Program-made: the position numbers and the translations under genes | Assembly: GCA_030059665.1 (NCBI GenBank) | Contig: JANVYR010000001.1 | Coordinates: 544,001-608,000 of the forward strand | Reading direction: 5' to 3' | Source of the DNA: Candidatus Calditenuis fumarioli | Lineage (GTDB): Archaea > Thermoproteota > Nitrososphaeria_A > Caldarchaeales > Calditenuaceae | DNA length: 64,000 nt | Shown: positions 29,025 to 38,733 of the stretch, one piece after another | Numbering within the stretch: the stretch's first letter is position 1 | Layout of the letters: every line of letters starts with the position of its first letter | The notes under the pieces: model-generated | Database searches by the model: none | Told to the model about the DNA's origin: nothing | What the model saw: the letters and a program-made list of their open reading frames with translations, nothing else

Positions 29025-30470
29025 AACAGCGGGGGAGAGGATCTCACCGCACTCCGGGCAGACGTTGGCGTCGGCGGGGACCTCGTGCCCCTTGGAGCAT
29101 AGCCTGATCCTCAACACCTGATCCTCCTCTTGCTTCTCCATGGAGCCTGTTCGAGGCTTCGACCTCCCCTTCCTGCTGGGCCTGTACAGCAGCAGGAATC
29201 CAGATCCTGCGATGACCGCCGCCAGCAGCCCTATGTTCACGAGGTCTGGCTCCGTTACGTAAACCGCCTCGACCCTGATCGGCCTGTCGACTACGACCCT
29301 GATCGCGCCGTTCCGGTGCTCGAGCGTCCCTATGTTGCCCACGAAGCCCGTCAGCCTCGGCCTGAAGAACGCGTTGCCGGGCGGGTTGGGGACGGCCATC
29401 AGCGTCGCCTCAGATCCCTCGTCGTACCACCCCGTACCACCGGCGCCGTACCTGCCCCTGACCTCGACGTAGTACTGCCTCACGTAGACCGCCTCCGCCC
29501 TGACAGGGCCTTTCACTTCGAGCTCTAACCTCTCCTGTGGCGGCAGCAGGGACGAGTTCCAACCGACGAACCGCAGCCTGACCTCGTTCTCGCGCAGCAC
29601 TACCTGGGATTCGACCGAGACCGCGACCTTCTCACCAGCGGTGACCCAGCCGTCGTAGACGACGCCCTTCGGCCCCGTCAGAACAACCCTGTACTGGCGC
29701 TCGTAGACCGGCCTGACCACGTGGGGGCCTCTCACCTCGAGCACGGCCACGTTCGAGACCACCCTGTTGACGATCGCGGGCACCGAGCCGACCGATTCCC
29801 AGCCGGTCAGCACCAGCCTCTCCCCCTCTGAGAGCTGTATCACCGATGGCGCGCTCAGCAGCACCGTCTGGCCCAGCCTGTACCAGCCCGATCCGTTGAC
29901 CACAGCGTAAGGTGAGACGCCCTGAACGTAGTACTCCCGGACGTAGACCGCCTCGATCCTGAGAGGTCTGGAGACGTAGACGCGGTTCGACGAGTTGAAC
30001 GGGTACTCGCCGAGGCTCCAGCGGACGAACCTCAGCCTGACCCCATCGGACTCGTAGTGAACCGACGGCGCCACAAGCTCCACAACGGTACCCTCCTCGA
30101 CCCAGAAGGACCTCCTGAGGTTCTCCAGCTCCGAGTCGATCACGACCAAGTACTCGGCCTTGTAGACCGCGACGAGGGCCTTGACGTTCCTGAGCGTCAC
30201 GCACGGGTCCCTTATGGTCCAGTTCCAGCCGACGAACCTGAGACGTGCGTCCACGTCGACGTACTGTACCGGAGGCGCGCAGACCGTTGTGCCCTCGGAG
30301 GCCCTGAAGGGAACCCTCGCGGGCGCCCCCTCATGGAGGACCGTGACCGGGTAGTTCGAGGTTATTTGGACCTGTCCCTCCTCCGCCGTGGCCGTGGGGG
30401 CCAGCGTAGCCAGAGCCGCGAGCGCTAGGACCGCAAGCGAGATCAGCCAGCACCAGCCGGTCGCTTTCAA
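29010..30470 (-). CDS. membrane-anchored surface protein with repeated beta domains and a C-terminal zinc ribbon
   Basis: TTG at 30470; signal peptide; repeats Y-x-V...(G/F)W(Y/V)xxG...F/LxGW...AVY; TM helix, then CSKGH...CPECG. Confidence 0.7.
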   Translation of the reverse strand: MKATGWCWLISLAVLALAALATLAPTATAEEGQVQITSNYPVTVLHEGAPARVPFRASEGTTVCAPPVQYVDVDARLRFVGWNWTIRDPCVTLRNVKALVAVYKAEYLVVIDSELENLRRSFWVEEGTVVELVAPSVHYESDGVRLRFVRWSLGEYPFNSSNRVYVSRPLRIEAVYVREYYVQGVSPYAVVNGSGWYRLGQTVLLSAPSVIQLSEGERLVLTGWESVGSVPAIVNRVVSNVAVLEVRGPHVVRPVYERQYRVVLTGPKGVVYDGWVTAGEKVAVSVESQVVLRENEVRLRFVGWNSSLLPPQERLELEVKGPVRAEAVYVRQYYVEVRGRYGAGGTGWYDEGSEATLMAVPNPPGNAFFRPRLTGFVGNIGTLEHRNGAIRVVVDRPIRVEAVYVTEPDLVNIGLLAAVIAGSGFLLLYRPSRKGRSKPRTGSMEKQEEDQVLRIRLCSKGHEVPADANVCPECGEILSPAVSQSP

Positions 30471-30614
30471 ACCTAATTCATCGAACCGGGATGCCGTAAA
30501 ATAATTTTGTGCAGCATAGTCAGGCAGGCGGTTGGCCGGCATACTACAGGGGTGTTTCCGATCGGTTTCTTGCGGTGACCTCGAACCCCTCGAACGACCT
30601 CTTTCTGGCCTCCG

Positions 30615-30706
30615 TGGGGCCGGTGGGATTTGAACCCACGACCTCCCGGGTTCGCGTCCCTCACGATCCCGAGCCGGGCGTCCACTCCATGCTAGACTAC
30701 GGCCCC
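30615..30706 (-). tRNA. tRNA-Pro(CGG) with about 17-nt intron
   Basis: GGGGCCG/CGGCCCC acceptor stem; CCCGG-CT-CGG-G[insert]C-CCGGG; GTGGG-TTCAAAT-CCCAC. Confidence 0.85.
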
Positions 30707-30847
30707 CTCGATCCACCTGCGCTCCCACCATTTGATCTTGACTCCGCTCTATTCGGAGCTCCACCGGCGCTTCTCCTTGCCACAACTCACCCTGACCGCT
30801 CTGCGGAAAAACCTATAATCGTCCCCTCTCGATCACCTATCACTGGA

Positions 30848-32572
30848 ATGACAAACATAGTTCTGACGTTCGACCCGTCCCTGGGGCACCTCTTCCACAA
30901 CTTCCCGCTGCTCTCGTTCCTGCCCTGCGCGCCGGTCAGGTTCGTTCCGCCGCCGATCTACCGATACCTGGCACAGCCGACGGTACCCGCGGACGAGCAC
31001 GGGAGGGCCGTGTTGGCCCCCTACGGGATCAGGAAGCTGGAGGCTGCCCTCAAGGGGAGGACGAGGTACACCGTGGAGGTCGCCCACCCGGATCACCTGG
31101 AGAAGCACATCAGGGAGGACACGAAGGTCATCGGGGTGAACACGATGGACCCGCTCGGGATAGGACCATTGACGCTGATGTTCAACAACGCAGGCCGCGA
31201 GAGGTCCTGGGTCACGGAGGAGTTCGTCGGTCTGCTCCGGAGGATTCACGCGCTGAGGAGGGAGAGGTGTCCTAAGGCGAAGGTGATAGTCGGTGGCGCC
31301 GGAGTCTGGGAGTTCCAGATGATCCCCGAGGCGATGGACAAACTCGGGATAGACCACGCCGTTGAGGGGGAGATCGATGACGTCGCTCCTCTGTTGTTTG
31401 AGGGAATAATAGAGGACTCGCTGGACACGAGCGTCTTCATGTTCGGTTACAAGTCGACCACGTTCGACATCAACGGCAGGCCCAGGATAGCGTACGTCAA
31501 GGACCCAAACGGCCGTTTCATAACCAGGAACCCCTTCTCCAGGTTCAAGCTGCCTAAGGTCGACGAGATACCGACGATCGTGAACCCGGCCATCTCCGGT
31601 CAGGCCGAGATCATGAGGGGGTGTGGGCTCGACTGCGACTTCTGCGAGGTGACCACGAGGCCACTGCGGTACTACACGCCGACGAAGGTGCTGGAGGAGG
31701 TGAAGGTGAACCTGAGGGGAGGGGTTACCCACGCGTGGTTCGTGACGGACAACCAGTGGGCGTACATGCTCCGGGACAAGGACTACTGGCCCAACAAGGA
31801 GGCGATCTTCGAGCTCTACCGGACCGTCATGTCCTATCCAGGCGTAACAGGGGCCAACCCGATGCATGCCACGCTCGCACCTGTGGCCGCGGACCCTGAG
31901 CTGGCCTTCGGCGTCGCGAAGATAGTCCGGGCGGGTCCCAACAAGCACATCGGCGTCCAGATAGGGCTCGAGACGGGGAGCGACAAGCTGATCAAGATGC
32001 ACGCCAGCAGGAAGGCTCTGCCGCTGAGGGTCGGTGTGGACGCCACCTGGGCGGAGATCGTGGTCGAGGCGCAGAAGGTCTACAACGCAGCCTACTGGAT
32101 ACCGGCCTACACGATCATACTGGGGATGGCCGGCGAGACGGACGACGACATTTGGGACACGATTGGGCTGATCAACTACATGGCCTCCCTGAACCTGTTC
32201 TTCACGGTGACGCCGATGGCCCTGGTGAGCCTGGGGTCGCTGAAGGGGACGAGAACGCTCACCGACGTCTACGCGAGCATGACTCCTGCCCAGGCCGCTC
32301 TGATCTACGTCTGCTGGAAGAACACCAAGAGGATGGCCGAGGCCCTCGCCTGGAGGATAAGCAGGGACAACCCGTTCTACCGGATCCTCACGACCTTCAT
32401 CCTCAACATCGGCGCTAGGATCTGGGTCGATGCGCTCAAGCGCTACTTCGTCCACGTCAACCCAGAGAACGAGAGGGCCATCGAGAGGGCGGAGCGGTAC
32501 GCGAGCATCAAAACGATGGGCACCGACTTCAGGAAGTACAGGGAGCAGTACAAGGCGATGCTCCACGCATGA
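30848..32572 (+). CDS. B12-binding radical SAM protein
   Basis: CGLDCDFC (CxxxCxxC); VIVGGAG B12-binding loop; GLETGS; true start is the ATG at 30848. Confidence 0.85.
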   Translation: MTNIVLTFDPSLGHLFHNFPLLSFLPCAPVRFVPPPIYRYLAQPTVPADEHGRAVLAPYGIRKLEAALKGRTRYTVEVAHPDHLEKHIREDTKVIGVNTMDPLGIGPLTLMFNNAGRERSWVTEEFVGLLRRIHALRRERCPKAKVIVGGAGVWEFQMIPEAMDKLGIDHAVEGEIDDVAPLLFEGIIEDSLDTSVFMFGYKSTTFDINGRPRIAYVKDPNGRFITRNPFSRFKLPKVDEIPTIVNPAISGQAEIMRGCGLDCDFCEVTTRPLRYYTPTKVLEEVKVNLRGGVTHAWFVTDNQWAYMLRDKDYWPNKEAIFELYRTVMSYPGVTGANPMHATLAPVAADPELAFGVAKIVRAGPNKHIGVQIGLETGSDKLIKMHASRKALPLRVGVDATWAEIVVEAQKVYNAAYWIPAYTIILGMAGETDDDIWDTIGLINYMASLNLFFTVTPMALVSLGSLKGTRTLTDVYASMTPAQAALIYVCWKNTKRMAEALAWRISRDNPFYRILTTFILNIGARIWVDALKRYFVHVNPENERAIERAERYASIKTMGTDFRKYREQYKAMLHA

Positions 32573-33288
32573 CCATCCCCGCAGGAAAGACCAGGTTCCT
32601 CACCGGAATCTCAGAGCTGGACCGCATTACCGGTGGCCTTCCCGGATCGAGGCTCCTGCTGGTCTCGGGTGAGGAGAAGTCGGGGAGGACGAGCCTCGTT
32701 CTGCAGATGTGCGCCATAGCTTCCTCCCAAGGAAGGGACTGCATGATCGTCGACTCGGGGATGGGCCTTCACATCGAGAGGATGCGATCGGTCTTCGAGG
32801 CTTGGGGTGCTGACCAGACGAGGATCTGGATCTCGTCTCCCAAAACCCTCCGGGACCAGACGAGGCTCGTTCTCAAGGCTGCCGAGCTCTGCGGCGATGG
32901 GGGGCTCATCGCGGTGGACGAGGCGACGCACCTCTACCGGGTCGAGCTCACTGGCATACCGGCCCTGGACAAGCCGAGGTACATGGAGCTGACCTTCGAG
33001 ATGGCGGTCCTGAAGGAGGCGGCGCTGCGGAGGGACGGGTTGGCTGTCGTCGTGACCGAGGCGCATGAGGTCCCTGTAGGAGGAACGTTCGTTACGAGGC
33101 CGGTCGCGGAGCGGATCACCACCTACTTCGCCGACATGAGGTTCTGGTTGGAGAACAGGGAGGGCGAGTTGAAGTCGTTGAGCTACGAGGTGGACGGCCT
33201 TCGGGGGACGACACTGGTCAGGCTCACGGGGTCCGGTCTGACCTCGGAGGGGATCAGGCCCCGATCTTCTGCGCGAGGATCGAGATGA
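32569..33288 (+). CDS. radB: RadB-like RecA-superfamily protein
   Basis: TGISELDRITGG, variant Walker A GEEKSGRT, IAVDE, YFADMRFWL. Confidence 0.65.
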   Translation: MTIPAGKTRFLTGISELDRITGGLPGSRLLLVSGEEKSGRTSLVLQMCAIASSQGRDCMIVDSGMGLHIERMRSVFEAWGADQTRIWISSPKTLRDQTRLVLKAAELCGDGGLIAVDEATHLYRVELTGIPALDKPRYMELTFEMAVLKEAALRRDGLAVVVTEAHEVPVGGTFVTRPVAERITTYFADMRFWLENREGELKSLSYEVDGLRGTTLVRLTGSGLTSEGIRPRSSARGSR

Positions 33289-33640
33289 TCATCAGGATCC
33301 CCAGGGCGAAGAGCCCGATACCAGCCCATACCGCGGCCCCCCTCCTGACCGAGAACCTGCCTATGGCGGTCAGGTGGATCACGTAAAGCCCCAGGAAGGA
33401 GAGGGAGTAGGCTAGGGCCACCAGCACGAACTCCACTATCGTCTGCCCGGTGACCGAGGGGAAGATCGGCCTGGTTCCGTAGAGGGCTGGAGGCGCAGCG
33501 ATGAGGACGTACAGGAACCCGCTGATTATGAGGACAGAGAAGACGAGGAACGCGGCCGTCACGATAGACTCGAGCCTCGCGGATCTCCCGCGGTAGGTGA
33601 GCAACCTGATCAGCGCCCTCTTCATCCGTTCGAGGTCCAT
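33254..33640 (-). CDS. three-TM protein resembling OSTC/OST3-OST6 oligosaccharyltransferase subunits
   Basis: SGFLYVLIAAPP...GQTIVEFVLV...LGLYVI pattern. Confidence 0.55.
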   Translation of the reverse strand: MDLERMKRALIRLLTYRGRSARLESIVTAAFLVFSVLIISGFLYVLIAAPPALYGTRPIFPSVTGQTIVEFVLVALAYSLSFLGLYVIHLTAIGRFSVRRGAAVWAGIGLFALGILMIISILAQKIGA

Positions 33641-33797
33641 TTGCCCACCCTTCACGCCATGCCCCGACGTACCCGGATTTAACCTGTGAACCCCGAGTAA
33701 GACATGAACGGCGCTCGGTGCCCCGGCGTTGTTTAACACGTTAGACGCTTGCTTTTACCCGCTGAAGTGGAACCTTTTCCCGAGGGGTGGGGAAAGC

Positions 33798-35849
33798 TTG
33801 GGCGTCATCAAGCCCAACACAGGCAGGAGGAAGTTCCTCGCGTACCTCGGCGCTGGGGTCGTGGTAGGCGCTGCGGCCGGATTCACGGCCGGAAGGCTGA
33901 TGACACCGACCGCACCACCGCTCGCGAAGGAGCTCACCGACATCATCGAGCAGAGGAAGCTGGAGCTGAGCCACGCAAAGGCAGCTCTGAAGACCTACGT
34001 CCCAGGCGGTTGGAAGGACGAGTTCCTGATGATCTCCTCCGGAGGACATTCGGGCCAGGTCCTGGTGATAGGCGTGCCGTCGATGAGGCTCATGAAGGTC
34101 ATCGCGGTCTTCACGCCGGAGCCCTGGCAGGGTTACGGGTACGGAGACGTCAAGACGATGAGGCTCCTCTACAAGGGATCCAACGGCGTCAAGCTCCTGA
34201 CCCTGGGCGATACGCACCACCCGGAGATAAGCAGGACCAACGCCGAGTACGACGGCGAGTGGGCCTTCATCGGCGACAAGCTCAACGCCAGGATAGCCTC
34301 GATCAGCCTCAAGGACTTCGAGACGAAGGACATCGTGAAGCTCCCCAACACTCAGACCCAGCACGGAGGTGCATGCGCGACGCCGAACACCGAGTACGTG
34401 GCGTGTGGCAGTCAGTTCCCAGCGCCGTGGGAGCCGGGCAAGGGGTACAAGCCTGGCAAGACGTACATCAAGCTCACCGAAAAGAACTTCGAGGAGTTCT
34501 TCAGGGGCACAGCGACCTTCCTGGCCTTCGACAGGAAGACCGGTAGGTTCGACCTCAGCAGGAGCTTCCAGATCGAGCTGCCTCCCTACATGCAGGACCT
34601 CGAGGTCGTCGGGTGGGGGCCGAGCGACGGCTGGGCCTTCATGAACTCCATCAACACGGAGCTCCACATAGGTGGCGTTCTGGAGGGGAAGCCGTCGCTG
34701 GAGGTCGGCGCCTCGAAGAACGACTTCGACTACCTCCACATCATCAACTGGAGGAGGGCCGAGGAGCTGGTCAGGCAGGGGAAGTACGTCGAGATGAACG
34801 GGATCAAGGTTGTGCCGCTCGACGTGGCTGCCAAGGAGGGCGTCCTATTCTTCGCTCCTGAGCCCAAGAGCCCGCACGGCTGCGACATCTCCCCCAGCGG
34901 CAGGTACGTCGTGGTGGGAGGGAAGCTGGCGCCCGTTGTGACGATCTACGACGTCGAGAAGATCAAGGACGCCATCAGGAACCAGAGGTTCGCTGGGACC
35001 GACAGGTACGGCGTCCCCGTTCTCAGGTTCGAGGACGTCAAGGCCGCTCAGATCGAGGTGAACCTCGGCCCCCTGCACAACGAGTTCGACAACAAGGGGC
35101 GCGGGTACGTGAGTTGCTTCATCGGGAACACCGTTGACCAGTACACGCTCGGGCCTCCGGACTACACCGGCGACAAGCCCTTCACCAAGATCGGAGAGAT
35201 ACCCATCCACTACAACGTCGGACACATCTGCACACCCGAGAGCAACTCTCCAGCGCCGAAGGGGAAGTACCTCGTCGCCCTGAACAAATGGTCGGTCGAC
35301 AGGTTCATCGATGTGGGGCCGCTGCTGCCGCAGAACCTCCAGCTGATCGACATCTCCGGAGACAAGATGGAGCTGCTGTACGACATGCCGATAGGGATCG
35401 GCGAGCCCCACTACGCCAAGATGATGCTGGCCACGAAGCTGAAGCCGTGGGAGGTCTACTCGCCGGTGGGTTTCGATCCGGAGACCTTCGAGGTCAGCCC
35501 GTACGCCACCAAAAAGGGCCAGGAGAGGATTGAGAGGAAGCAGGAGAACGGGAAGTGGGTGACCGAGGTCTACGCGACGCTGATCAGGAGCACTATAACG
35601 CCCGACATAATCAGGGTCAAGCAGGGCGACCTGGTGAGGATACACCTGACCAACGTCGAGACCACCAAGGACGCCACCCACGCCTTCGCGGTGAGCGAGT
35701 ACAACGTGATCGCCAGCGTCGAGCCCGGCGAGACGGCCACTGTCGAGTTCGTCGCGGACGTCCCCGGCGTCTTCTGCTTCTACTGCGTAGAGTTCTGCTC
35801 GCCGCTTCACCTGGAGATGGCAGGCTGGCTCGAGGTCGAGCCCGCTTAA
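33798..35849 (+). CDS. nosZ: nitrous oxide reductase, clade II type
   Basis: CuZ His motifs DTHH, QHG, LHI, PHG, PLH, VGH, EPHY; CuA motifs THAF and CVEFCSPLHLEM; GRRKFL twin-arginine leader. Confidence 0.96.
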   Translation: MGVIKPNTGRRKFLAYLGAGVVVGAAAGFTAGRLMTPTAPPLAKELTDIIEQRKLELSHAKAALKTYVPGGWKDEFLMISSGGHSGQVLVIGVPSMRLMKVIAVFTPEPWQGYGYGDVKTMRLLYKGSNGVKLLTLGDTHHPEISRTNAEYDGEWAFIGDKLNARIASISLKDFETKDIVKLPNTQTQHGGACATPNTEYVACGSQFPAPWEPGKGYKPGKTYIKLTEKNFEEFFRGTATFLAFDRKTGRFDLSRSFQIELPPYMQDLEVVGWGPSDGWAFMNSINTELHIGGVLEGKPSLEVGASKNDFDYLHIINWRRAEELVRQGKYVEMNGIKVVPLDVAAKEGVLFFAPEPKSPHGCDISPSGRYVVVGGKLAPVVTIYDVEKIKDAIRNQRFAGTDRYGVPVLRFEDVKAAQIEVNLGPLHNEFDNKGRGYVSCFIGNTVDQYTLGPPDYTGDKPFTKIGEIPIHYNVGHICTPESNSPAPKGKYLVALNKWSVDRFIDVGPLLPQNLQLIDISGDKMELLYDMPIGIGEPHYAKMMLATKLKPWEVYSPVGFDPETFEVSPYATKKGQERIERKQENGKWVTEVYATLIRSTITPDIIRVKQGDLVRIHLTNVETTKDATHAFAVSEYNVIASVEPGETATVEFVADVPGVFCFYCVEFCSPLHLEMAGWLEVEPA

Positions 35850-35896
35850 CCAGTTCCACATCTGGTTATATTGCGTTCGATCCCCGTTTTTCTGAG

Positions 35897-36343
35897 GTGA
35901 CCGGTTTGGCGAGCAGGACCGTGGTTGTTGCGGTGGTCGTCGTTGTGGTAGTGGTGGCCGTCGTCGGAGCCCTCTTCGCGACGGGCATGCTGGGAGGAGG
36001 TGGGCAGCCGCCGAGGCAGGGGAAGGTGGTGAGGATCGTCAGCAACAAGGACTCTTACATCCCGCCTGAGAACTGGAAGCCGGGAGACCCGCCGATCATC
36101 AGCGACAGGTACTTCAGCCCGAGCAGGGTGACCCTGAACGTAGGCGACACGGTGGAGTACGTCAACGAGGACACCACGCCCCACACCTTCACCACGATGA
36201 AAGGGAAGGCACCAGCGTCCTTCGACTCCGGGCCAGTCGAGCCTGGCAAGAGCTTCAGGTACACCTTCAGGACTGCCGGCGAGTACAACGTCTACTGCAC
36301 GCTCCACCCGCACAAGGGAGCCGTCATCAACGTGCTTCCGTGA
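35897..36343 (+). CDS. membrane-anchored cupredoxin
   Basis: Val-rich N-terminal TM; FSPSRVTLNVGDTV, PHTFT, YCTLHP. Confidence 0.85.
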   Translation: MTGLASRTVVVAVVVVVVVVAVVGALFATGMLGGGGQPPRQGKVVRIVSNKDSYIPPENWKPGDPPIISDRYFSPSRVTLNVGDTVEYVNEDTTPHTFTTMKGKAPASFDSGPVEPGKSFRYTFRTAGEYNVYCTLHPHKGAVINVLP

Positions 36344-36822
36344 AGATGAGGCGTCGCGATTTCCTAATAGCGGTGGGGGCGGTGGCGGTCATGGGCGTCG
36401 CAGCCGCGGTGGCTCTTCAGCCGAGGAGCAGTGAGGTCCCGCGTCTCCAGATCAGGTTGGGAGAGGACAAGTGCTCAAGGTGCGGGATGATAATCAGCAG
36501 GCTCGAGTTCGCTGCGGGGCTGCTCATCCAAGGCGAGCGGCGATGGCGCGTCTACGACGACATAGGGTGCTTCGCCTACGACTACAACGAGCTGACATCT
36601 TCCGGAAAGGTCGTGGCCGATGCCAAGGTCTTCGATTACCACTCGAAAGAGGAGCTCGACGCGAAGACCGCTTACTACGTCATGGCCGACCCCAGGAACC
36701 TCTGGACGCCCATGAGCTACGGTGTGGTGGTGGTCAAATCGAGACGCGAGGCCGAGGAGCTGGCCGGGAGGGTTGGTGGTGAGGTGAGGGACTTTTGGTC
36801 GTTGCTGAGCAGGTTCAAGTGA
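36340..36822 (+). CDS. nosL: NosL-family Cu chaperone
   Basis: DKCSRCGMII, DDIGCF, AYYV, TPMSYG. Confidence 0.9.
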   Translation: MKMRRRDFLIAVGAVAVMGVAAAVALQPRSSEVPRLQIRLGEDKCSRCGMIISRLEFAAGLLIQGERRWRVYDDIGCFAYDYNELTSSGKVVADAKVFDYHSKEELDAKTAYYVMADPRNLWTPMSYGVVVVKSRREAEELAGRVGGEVRDFWSLLSRFK

Positions 36823-37397
36823 GGAGGCTGCGGTTGGGCAGCGTTCTCAACGCATCCGCCGCAGTCCTGCCGCTCGTCCTCGCGGTGGCGTCCGTCTTCC
36901 TCCCCCTATGGTACTTCCAGTTCAACGCACCGTTCCTTGGACAGAGGTGGCCTGAAGTCACGATCTACCCGCTCGAGGGCATTAAGGGAGCAGTTCAGGA
37001 CGTCAACGTCATAAACCATTACGTAGGGCTCAGCATGATCGGCAATGAGTACGTCCCCGAGGTCTCATACCTGCCACACTTCTACGCCGCGGTGATTGCG
37101 GTGACAGCGGTCTACAGCTTCTCCGCCCTGACGAGACGGAGGAGGGCGGCCCAGGCCTCGCTCGTCGTGATGGCAGCACTGATCGTAGTCCTCTTCGTCT
37201 TCGTATACTTCTGGCTCTACAGGTTCACGCACACGATCCATCCCGATGCGCCGATCAAGATAGAACCGTTCGACCCGCCCTTCTTGGGCGAGCACAAGAT
37301 AGCGAACATAGTCGTCCGCAGCTACTTCGGTCCCTCAATAGGTCTCCACATCGCAGCTGTCGCTATCGGATTTGCGTCCATGAAGAGGATGCGTTGA
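36819..37397 (+). CDS. nosB: NosB-like membrane protein
   Basis: PLW..FNAP, INHYVGL, PEV, HTIHPDAPIK, PPFLG motifs typical of the clade II nos membrane protein. Confidence 0.75.
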   Translation: MRRLRLGSVLNASAAVLPLVLAVASVFLPLWYFQFNAPFLGQRWPEVTIYPLEGIKGAVQDVNVINHYVGLSMIGNEYVPEVSYLPHFYAAVIAVTAVYSFSALTRRRRAAQASLVVMAALIVVLFVFVYFWLYRFTHTIHPDAPIKIEPFDPPFLGEHKIANIVVRSYFGPSIGLHIAAVAIGFASMKRMR

Positions 37398-37401
37398 TGC
37401 G

Positions 37402-38733
37402 ATGCCGAGAAACGGATTCGTTCTCTTCCTTGCCGTCTTAACTTCACTTCCGCTAATCCAGCCAGCTCTCGGCGCAACGCACCCAGAAACCCCTCAGTTC
37501 TCCGATCTCCAGGCGTTAATCGACTCGGCTGAGCCTTACTCGACGATTTGGGTCGCACCGGGGACCTACGCTGGACCGATAAGGGTTTGGAAGCCACTCT
37601 CGCTCAAGGCGATGGGTGAGGTCGTGATAGACGGCCGAGGTCTCGGAGACGTGGTGGTGATAGCGTCGGACGACGTCCGCTTCGAGGGCTTCAAGGTCGT
37701 CAACTCCTTCCCTGACGTGGCCTTCGAGCCCGCTGGAATCAAGGTAGTCAACAGCAGGAACGTGACGATAGCGGGGGTTAGGACAGAGCGGGTGATACAC
37801 TCGGTGTACGTCGTCAACTCCTCACGGGTTACGGTAATGGGAAGCTCGCTATCCAGCTTCCCGGAGAGGTCGGTCAACGACAGGGGTCACGGCGTCTACC
37901 TCTGGTACTCGAGGGACGTAGAGGTAGTTGGGAACGCGATCGAATTCGTGAAGGACGGCGTCTACTCGGACCACTCCTATGGGGTCCTTGTGAGAGGCAA
38001 CGCCATCTCGCGATCGCGGTACGGGGTCCACCTGATGTACTCGGGGAAGCACGTCATCGAGCGGAACGAGGTGAGGCGGAACCTCGTGGGGATGGCGCTG
38101 ATGTACTCCTGCGGCCTCGAGGTCAGGGATAACTCCGTCACCGAGAACAGGGGGCTCGCTGTGAGCGAGGGGATCTTCGTGAGGGAGTCGTGTGATGTGC
38201 TGATTGAGGTCAACAGGATCGTCGGGAACGGCGTCGGGCTTAACGTCGTCAACTCGCCCTATCCGAGGGAGGGGAGCGTCGTGGTCAGAGGGAACGTGAT
38301 CGCCTTCAACAACGTCGGGGTGAGGTTCGAGGTGTGGGCATCGGCGACCTTCGAGCGGAACGACCTCGTGGAGAACGCCCATCAGGTCTCGATCTTAGCC
38401 GTCTCGACGAGCGCCCTCTGGCGGGGGAACTTCTGGAGCGACAGGGGCCTGCAGATAGGTGAGAGGCATCTTGTGGTCTCCTCGATCGAGGACCTCCTCG
38501 ACCGGTGGCCCGAGCTCTGGGCCTTCGCCTACGGTCCCGGTTACGTGGCGCTGAAGATGGCGCGGGCTCTCACGGAGCTGAGGCCGTCAGTGAAGGCCAT
38601 CGATGAGTCGCCTTCGAGGGCTCCGAACGTGCTCAATGCCGTCCCAACTCCAAGGTCGACGCTTTGGCTCCTAGCGTCCATCGCGCTAACCTTTTCACCC
38701 CTCGCGGCCATCGTTGCCGTCAGGCGGAGATGA
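37402..38733 (+). CDS. nosD: NosD beta-helix maturation protein
   Basis: PGTYAG, RGHGVYLW, DGVY, RYGVHLMYS, GNFWSD. Confidence 0.92.
   Translation: MPRNGFVLFLAVLTSLPLIQPALGATHPETPQFSDLQALIDSAEPYSTIWVAPGTYAGPIRVWKPLSLKAMGEVVIDGRGLGDVVVIASDDVRFEGFKVVNSFPDVAFEPAGIKVVNSRNVTIAGVRTERVIHSVYVVNSSRVTVMGSSLSSFPERSVNDRGHGVYLWYSRDVEVVGNAIEFVKDGVYSDHSYGVLVRGNAISRSRYGVHLMYSGKHVIERNEVRRNLVGMALMYSCGLEVRDNSVTENRGLAVSEGIFVRESCDVLIEVNRIVGNGVGLNVVNSPYPREGSVVVRGNVIAFNNVGVRFEVWASATFERNDLVENAHQVSILAVSTSALWRGNFWSDRGLQIGERHLVVSSIEDLLDRWPELWAFAYGPGYVALKMARALTELRPSVKAIDESPSRAPNVLNAVPTPRSTLWLLASIALTFSPLAAIVAVRRR

Noticed and set aside
30509-30847. N-terminal extension of the radical SAM ORF
   Set aside because: Overlaps tRNA-Pro on the opposite strand; the real start is 30848.
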